Shown: one piece after another, positions 57,901 through 64,000 of the stretch
Position numbering within the stretch: position 1 is the stretch's first letter
Layout: every line of letters starts with the position of its first letter
NCBI GenBank assembly: GCA_051294375.1
Contig: CM119263.1
Span: 12,503,723 to 12,567,722, forward strand
DNA: 64,000 nucleotides
Direction: 5' to 3'
Source: Paraspadella gotoi
Taxonomy: Eukaryota; Animalia; Chaetognatha
Program-made: the position numbers and the translations under genes
The notes under the pieces: model-generated
Database searches by the model: none
What the model was told of the DNA's origin: nothing
Seen by the model: the letters and a program-made list of their open reading frames with translations, nothing else

Positions 57901-60829
57901 CCTCGCGGCCCAGAGAAGGCTTGGGCTCTGGGGATGCGTGAAAAGAAAGAGAGAAGAAAATATAAGCGGGAGAAGAAGACAAAATTTTAGGCGCTAATTT
58001 TAAAATGACCGTCTGATTTTAAAGATGGAAGAAGCGTCGAACTCGTTAGTATTCTTTTGATTGATTTTCTTGTAAATAAAAATTTATTATCATTCTGAAT
58101 ACTGAATAGTAGATTGAGAGGAGAATCATTAAAAAATTAATTAATTATTCATATTTAACCGTCATTTACAACACTTGATTTTATCGAAACTCCTTTTAAA
58201 GATCAACTGCGCCCCCTGGTTTCCTCTATTTTTCTTCTCCGCTCAGGTTTTTTCTCACCATACCTCTTTCATCCCATTTTCATTTTTTCCATTTATGCTC
58301 GGTTCCTCCTCCTCCTCCTCCTCCTCCTCCTATTCCTCCTCTTCCTCCTCTTCTTTCTTTTCCTCCTCCTCTTCCCCGACCCATAGAATCGCACATCTCC
58401 ATTTCCGTTTAGCCCCTCGTGAACTTCGTCTTCTCTCCGAGTTTTTCTTAACCACCGATTTCTCCGGATTGCCATAAAAGTGAAAAAACAAAGCACCTAA
58501 TACGACAACGAGTAGGAAAAATAGTAGAACGTAAGATAAAAAGGAAGAGAAAAAAAAAACGAGAAAAAAGTTGCAGATAAAAATGTAAACAAACAGAAAG
58601 GATTCCGTCACGCGATGCTTTTACCAAAATCGGCGAATGGCTTACAACAAAATTTCGACTCCGTTCACTGCGAAACGACATTTAAAACTGGTTTTATTAT
58701 TGTCAATATTTAAAAATGCATGTATATATTCGAACCTCTTCTCTACTCAATCGGATTATTTTACCGAAAAGTCAACGTTAACTCGGATAAATTATTCGGC
58801 GCGCGTTTTTTCGACGTGTGTTAACAAGAAATGCCAGTTTTACTGTGACAATTTTGTTTTATTTTTATTTTATTATCAAAAGCCATTTAAAAACATTGTG
58901 AAAAATCAGCGTGATAAAATTTAAAGCTTTTTTGCAATTTAAATTTAATCACGTTTATAGAAAAGTGTACATAAACATCTGTAAAATTACTGTAACAAAT
59001 GTAATTGTTAGTAAGCTTGTAAGTAGCCGTTTTCATTGTAGCCGACGTTGGCATACAACATTCCGCTGTCATTTTTTAGGCTTTCAAGAACGATAACAGT
59101 ATGGTTATATGTTATACAATACGTCTTAATCTTATGAAGGCGGTTTCATATAACCCGGTCTTTAGGGAAAAACGTATAGAATTTGTCGATTCCAACTTTC
59201 ATACTTTCTCGATTTTGTGAGAATGACATTCTTCATCATTCCGTTGCCATCTTTCTAACGGGTGCCTTCCTCGTTTTAGTCCTTAAATGAAATCGGTTAT
59301 ATTGGACCTCGATTTGATGTCATTTCCATAGGAAATAGTGAATGGTCTCGGACGATATTGAGAAAGAGAAGAAAGCCGATACGGAAAGTTGTCGTAGTTA
59401 ACGCCATCTTTTCCGTCGTCGCTTTTAACGCGGCAGAAGGCGTCGTGTTCCTTTGTTTATTGAAGTTCTTTGTCAGCGCCTAAGTGCTTCGACGTTCCCA
59501 TGGTCCTTGGGAAAAGTGGGTATCAACAAAAGCGCTTCTTTTTTTCTCCCGACTGAATTCGGTGAGTCACCTATGCCGCTCCAACTTCGAAAGCAAGAAA
59601 AGGCTATACGAAATTTATATTTGTAGGCTTTATTACTTGTTTCAATCAATGAACGAAAAAGAATCTTAGTTTCTTCTTATTTTCATATTATTTAGCACCT
59701 TTCTCCATTGTCACTGTATCGCACTCCCCAGGGAACCTGCTTTCCTTGCCCGGCGCTAAAAGCGGTTCTGTTGACAAAAGAAAAACAATTAAAGAAAAAA
59801 CGAATATAAGAAAAAAAGGGGAAAAAAAGGATCAATAATAAAAAAGAAGACAAACCTTACATTGTAAAACGAACAAAAATAAGTTCAAGACAAAACAAAA
59901 TAAAAAACACACGAAATTCTGGGGTCATAAATTACAAGATATTTCATTTTAAATCAATACAACCAAAACAATTTTACCATTACCCCTCCCACATGAAAAG
60001 CGAAAAAAAACAATTATTTTTTACTAATTTTACTCACTTTTACAGACTGAGTGTCTCAAAAAGAAGATAACTTTTTTCTTTATCTGATAATTTTCTTAAT
60101 GTTACACATGTCTGACATACACTCAAACTTATACGTATTTGTAAATAATTATTTTTTTAACAAGACGCCATCATAGAAATTCTTTGCAGCAAATGTTCTG
60201 ACGTAAAGGCAGTGAAAACGCTTTCGTAACTGTTTGACCCTATCATTATTCCACTTCAACAACATAAGTTGTCGGGCCTTTTAAGAAAGTAGACGTCCCT
60301 AACCTTTGAAAAAGATCTATTTAACGAAGCGATTGTCAAAAAAAAAAGAAGCTTTTCTTTAAACGCGAGAGAGTTTCTCAGAAAAAAAAAGGAAAGGGAA
60401 AAAAAATGAGAGAAAAGGGGAAAAGAAAGGACGATTAAAGGCAAAGACCGTCATTTCCATGAAGAAGTTCGATAGCGTCAGAAGAAGACTAAAAGGGATT
60501 TGATGTGGAGCCTCGCGCTCTGGGACTTTTTTCCTCCCTCGACGCTCGCTTCACTCTTTTTTCGCCTCACTTCTCCTCCCTTTCCCTTCTCTCCAATTCC
60601 TTGACACCTCGGGACTATTATTCGACTATCGATGCTCCTCTTTTTCTAAAAATATTTAGTTGGTAAATGCATTTGACTTTTTTTCACATACATATATTTT
60701 TCAGTCTTTTCTACTCGATTTATTTCGGAAATGAACGAGAAAAGCGATGATAGAGAGAGTCGATCTCGGATTCTTAACTACGTTGTTTATATGTCGAGAA
60801 ATCATAATCGCCACAACCACCTAAAAAAC

Positions 60830-61160
60830 CACGCTTCCACCCACACCCACACTCCACAACCTAAGACACTAAAAGGACAACAAACACCAATAACATGAAA
60901 TCTATTACAATTTTAACAACGACAACAACGACAACGACGACCACAAACACCACAATGTCTTTGTACACAACCACCAGAATGATCATAATAAACATGACAA
61001 CCAAAAAACAGCACAACTACTAACTCTACAACGACCACAACTACCACCTACTAAAACCACAACCGTCATCACTAGGACCTAATCATTTTAACGACCGAAA
61101 CGACCACAATATCACGACATTTACTAACTCTATATTCACCTCAACTTCAACCAGTACAGT
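60830..61160. repeat. Degenerate (ACA/ACC/ACG)n low-complexity tract
   Basis: Strongly A/C-skewed trinucleotide-like sequence with no long ORF. Confidence 0.7.
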
Positions 61161-62979
61161 TCACCATCAATATGGCATAACTAACAAGTCAATGATTGGC
61201 AGATAGGCGACGCAGTAAGATAAACTTATTCTGCATTTGTTTTTTCAAGCCATCACTTGATCACGTGAACAGAACACAGAAGAGAAAGTGAGGGAGGCAC
61301 AACGCGTCCCGATCACCCTTGGCCGTGACGCTGAACCTGGAGAAGAGTGAAGCGGATTTAAAAATTAGAACGAGATGAATAAAAATATTTTAAAAACTTT
61401 TAAAAAATAAGGAAAATTTATGATTTGAAGGTAAATATTATAATTTTTACGCCATATTACTTTTCAATCGCTCCGATTGTGAACCTGATATCGCCCATGC
61501 ATCATCCCGCTGTGGGTGACGGGGGTACATCTCATGTATTCGTCTTTTTACGAATTTTAAAAAAATAATAAAAGAAGGTTGGTTTTTAATTAAGAATTTT
61601 TAATTCTATTTTTTTTAAAAATGTTTTCGAGCTTTAGGGCGTGTCATTAGAGCAATACGTATTCGTATGTTGCGGCTTATGAATTTGGTACAAGCAATAT
61701 AGTAAGAAAAGAACGTTTGAAGACACAAGATCCTTGTGATTCTGAAAACTTGAGCAAGCTTTTAGCCGAGAGTTTTTAAATTTCAATTGAAATCGAAGTT
61801 ATTTCTTTAGTTAAATTGAACTATAATTTGACGTTGCTCAATTTCTCTCACGTTTCTATTGAATATCGAAATTCTTTCGCGCTCCGTTCTCCTCAGGAGG
61901 TCGTCTTCCGCGCATTAAAAAGAAAAAAAAGAAAGAAAAAAGTTTGTCCTTTTCGTCCGCAGGCGAACAGAGTTTTTTTTAGTATTTTTCTTCTAGCGTT
62001 GCTTCCCTAACAATCACGGTCTCTACTCTCTAGTTTAGTCAACTTTCTCTCTTCTTTTTCTCGTCATTTGTCGAGACTGCAGTCTGCACGCCCAGTGACG
62101 TCCGATTCGTGTGTCAAGCATTTCATTTGTTAGCGTTAATCTATTATTAAGCGTAACCATTAATCAACTTTTCTGAATTCTCGCTTTATTCCCTTTCTAT
62201 CCTTTTTTTAGAGACAGACATGATTCAGTGGCACATGATACAAAATGATCGATACATCATGTGGGAAAAGATAAATTTATACCGAAAAAAATTCTTAGTG
62301 AAAAATACAAGTTCGTTTTTTTTTAAATTTTCTACCAATATTTAAATAGCAGAATCCTTCCTCAGGGCAGTCAATGCAATCTGCATGCGAGGTCCTTACG
62401 ACAAAAAATAAATACAAAATCTAACTCGTATCAAGAAATCATGGGATTCAAGAAGCATTCATTTAAAACAGAACACAACCTCTCTTGATTACTTAGAGTT
62501 TCTGAAACGCTATTGTCGAAGTCTATGTAATATAATATAATATAATATAATATAATGTAATATCATAACGCTTCTGCTCTTAACTTCAAAGCGCGGCGCC
62601 TGAAGGAAATAAAATGTTGGTCGCGATAATAAAGCGACCGGTTTTCCTCGACCATAACTCATTGCCGCTTCGAGCGGTCTCTGGAACTGGATTGGCCGAG
62701 TTTTCGACGCTAGCGTCGTTGCTATGACGACCTCGTATCGTCGTCGAGGGAATTCGATTTGGCGAGTCACTAAGAACTTGACTGAGATAAGAGCGTGAAG
62801 TGGAGTACTAGGATGAAGGGCGAGGGGTTGGTTACTAGATAGTTGGTGGTGGAAGTTAAGAATGAAAAGAAAAAAAACGAAAAAAGTAAGGAAGAAAGAA
62901 TAACAAAGAAACTGGTGAAAAAAAAATCAATATATAAACAAATAAATACCTTTCTCATGGAACAAGGGAATGATGGATA

Positions 62980-63026
62980 AGAAAGAAAGAAAGAAAGAAA
63001 AGAAGAAATAAATAAAGAAAGAAATA

Positions 63027-63102
<76 letters not shown>

Positions 63103-63141
63103 AGGAGAGAAAAAAAGAAAGCAAGATAGAAAGAAAGAAAA

Positions 63142-63199
<58 letters not shown>

Positions 63200-63303
63200 A
63201 AAACAAATAAAGAGAGATGGAAAAAAAGAAAGAAAGAAAGATAAAAATAAATAAAGAGAAATAGAAAAAAAGAAAGAAAGAAAGAAAGAAAGAAAAAAAG
63301 AAA
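62980..63303. repeat. (AAAG)n microsatellite array
   Basis: Seen directly. Source of the FLSF and KERK ORFs. Confidence 0.95.
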
Positions 63304-63563
63304 TCAAAAGAGGAAAAATAACAGAGCCGGTCGGATTTTGATTTACGACGGGAAAGCGGAAAGTGGCGAGGAAATCTCACGACGTCGCCGGACGCCAGCG
63401 ACTGACGCTGCCCGCTTTCAACGCGCCGTCTTTATTCCAAATTGACGAAGCGCGAACAACGCCCGCTCGTGGGCGGGTCCCTTTTTTCACCGCGTTGAAA
63501 GTCGCTCTGACGGTCGGAAGGGCATGACGTTTAGTCGATTAGCGGAAAGCAGGCATGTAAGAT

Positions 63564-63783
63564 ACTGTGGCGGTATATTCACACCGCCTCACTTCCATCA
63601 TCCTTCAGCCAATCCCATTGGCTCAGAGGAGGAATGCACCATCTAAGGCGTTGCGTTCCATCCACAGTCCTAATGAATTCTCTCTGCATTGGCAAAGCGA
63701 GACCGTCCTAGGGTAACCGTGCCAGTGACAGGAGGCGTCACAGAGGCTCCGAAGGAACCAAAGCCTACAGTGAGATGTCTCAT
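63564..63783 (-). ncRNA. Unidentified structured RNA-like element, copy 2 (expanded form)
   Basis: Collinear with 16985-17132. Core blocks at 63655-63673 and 63758-63776. The extra sequence relative to copy 1 consists of hairpins: GCGGT/ACCGC 63570-63587, AGCCAAT/ATTGGCT 63607-63623, CATTGGCA/TGCCAGTG 63687-63727. Confidence 0.6.
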
Positions 63784-64000
63784 CCCTTTGGGCATCACAG
63801 GCGACCCAGAAGTTTCAATTATACAATTATTTATTTTCACATATTGTATTAACTAGATTTACATAATAAACATAAACCTAACACACCCTTCCTGCTTTCC
63901 CTCGACCTTCCAGTTTCACTGCAACTTTTCCCAATTCCTAGTATAACTCCCGACCCGTAGGATCGCTATTGCTTTCTTCCCTATCTCACGACGTTTAGTC

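Noticed and set aside
63497-63806. GAAAGTCGC and GCGAC as the P4 helix of RNase P/MRP RNA
   Set aside because: Other conserved regions and a P1 helix were not evident, GAAAG is sequestered in a local stem, and copy 1 lacks these motifs.

Overview
This window is eukaryotic (animal-like) draft genomic DNA: AT-rich, dense in microsatellites, with five N gaps and GT-AG introns that are often 55-110 nt. Most ORFs in the supplied track are low-complexity or antisense shadows. Splicing by hand, with exon phases checked, gives five protein-coding genes. (1) An unrecognised gene of at least 8 exons on the minus strand that runs off the left edge. (2) A 10-exon, 434-aa type I membrane Ig-superfamily protein (+). 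(3) A 3-exon, 917-aa extremely acidic protein with an N-terminal MG (-). (4) A large PDZD2/pro-IL16/big-bang-like gene with 3 PDZ domains and several candidate alternative first exons (-). (5) A secreted hevein-like plus C-type lectin gene with clustered frameshifts (-). There is also a degenerate MITE-like foldback element and a possible hAT end. The most notable signal is non-coding. Two diverged copies of a roughly 150-220 nt element (16985-17132 and 63564-63783) share invariant core blocks, differ mainly by inserted hairpins, and show compensatory changes including a pseudoknot-type pairing. A more distant third candidate lies at 24655-24801. Copies 1 and 3 sit just downstream of 5' splice sites. 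I do not recognise this structured RNA family; it may be a ribozyme, a retroelement RNA module or an intronic ncRNA. No database search was possible, so all novelty claims are untested.
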